Of a DNA stretch of 64,000 nucleotides, positions 63,727 to 64,000 are shown one piece after another. Under the pieces are notes generated by a model. The model made no database searches and had not been told where the DNA came from. It saw nothing but the letters and a program-made list of their open reading frames with translations. Source of the stretch: Planctomycetota bacterium (GTDB taxonomy: Bacteria; Planctomycetota; SZUA-567; H5-PLA8); assembly GCA_045863855.1 (NCBI GenBank), contig BTVV01000020.1, positions 8,936-72,935 of the forward strand, in the 5' to 3' direction. The translations under genes and the position numbers were made by a program. Position 1 is the first letter of the stretch, and every line of letters starts with the position of its first letter.

Positions 63727-64000
63727 ATGCAGCACCGGCGGATTCGTACGGCAAGCTTATGGCTGGGCGTGGCGCTCCTCTTAGGCGGCGTGGCGCGCGG
63801 CGGCGAGGCCGAGGCCAAACTGGAAGGCGTGCTCGACGCCGATTCGTGCTTCGCGCTCTTCGCGCCCGACTTGAGCGCCGCGCGTGTGCAGTTGGGCCAG
63901 ACACGGCTGGCCGCGATACTCACGCGCCCCGAGTTGCGGGCCTTCTTCGAACCCATCCGCGCCGGCCTGCTGGCCGAATACAATGGCTTGCGCGACCGGC
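63727..64000 (+). CDS. Secreted hypothetical protein, 5' part only (runs off the window edge)
   Basis: Manual translation MQHRRIRTASLWLGVALLLGGVARG...; signal peptide; frame open to the end of the window. Confidence 0.6.
   Translation, partial: MQHRRIRTASLWLGVALLLGGVARGGEAEAKLEGVLDADSCFALFAPDLSAARVQLGQTRLAAILTRPELRAFFEPIRAGLLAEYNGLRDR

Overview
High-GC bacterial chromosomal window, probably Planctomycetota. This is an inference from the two Hanks-type Ser/Thr kinases, two ECF sigma/anti-sigma pairs, sulfatase, three PhyH dioxygenases and PKD/beta-helix secreted proteins. Core genes are nusA-infB-DUF503-rbfA, katG and dnaN-dciA. dnaN is preceded by a candidate oriC (DnaA-box-like 9-mers plus a GAT triplet run), with no dnaA, recF or gyrB nearby. 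Accessory loci of note: (i) an extracytoplasmic flavinylation/electron-transfer operon (ApbE, TPR-FMN-binding protein, NapH-NapG-like polyferredoxin with an internal twin-arginine motif); (ii) an ECF transporter whose S component is fused to a large lipoprotein-like ectodomain; (iii) a Cys-repeat exported peptide beside DoxX that resembles MNIO/DUF692-modified metallophore precursors but has no modifying enzyme in the window; (iv) a pseudokinase-kinase tandem; (v) a structured 5' leader on katG; (vi) several short low-GC patches, including an in-frame segment of a vWA anti-sigma gene and a frameshifted zinc-ribbon ORF beside a REP-like hairpin. No rRNA, tRNA, CRISPR array, transposase or prophage gene was recognised. 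All calls come from reading motifs by eye; no database search was run.
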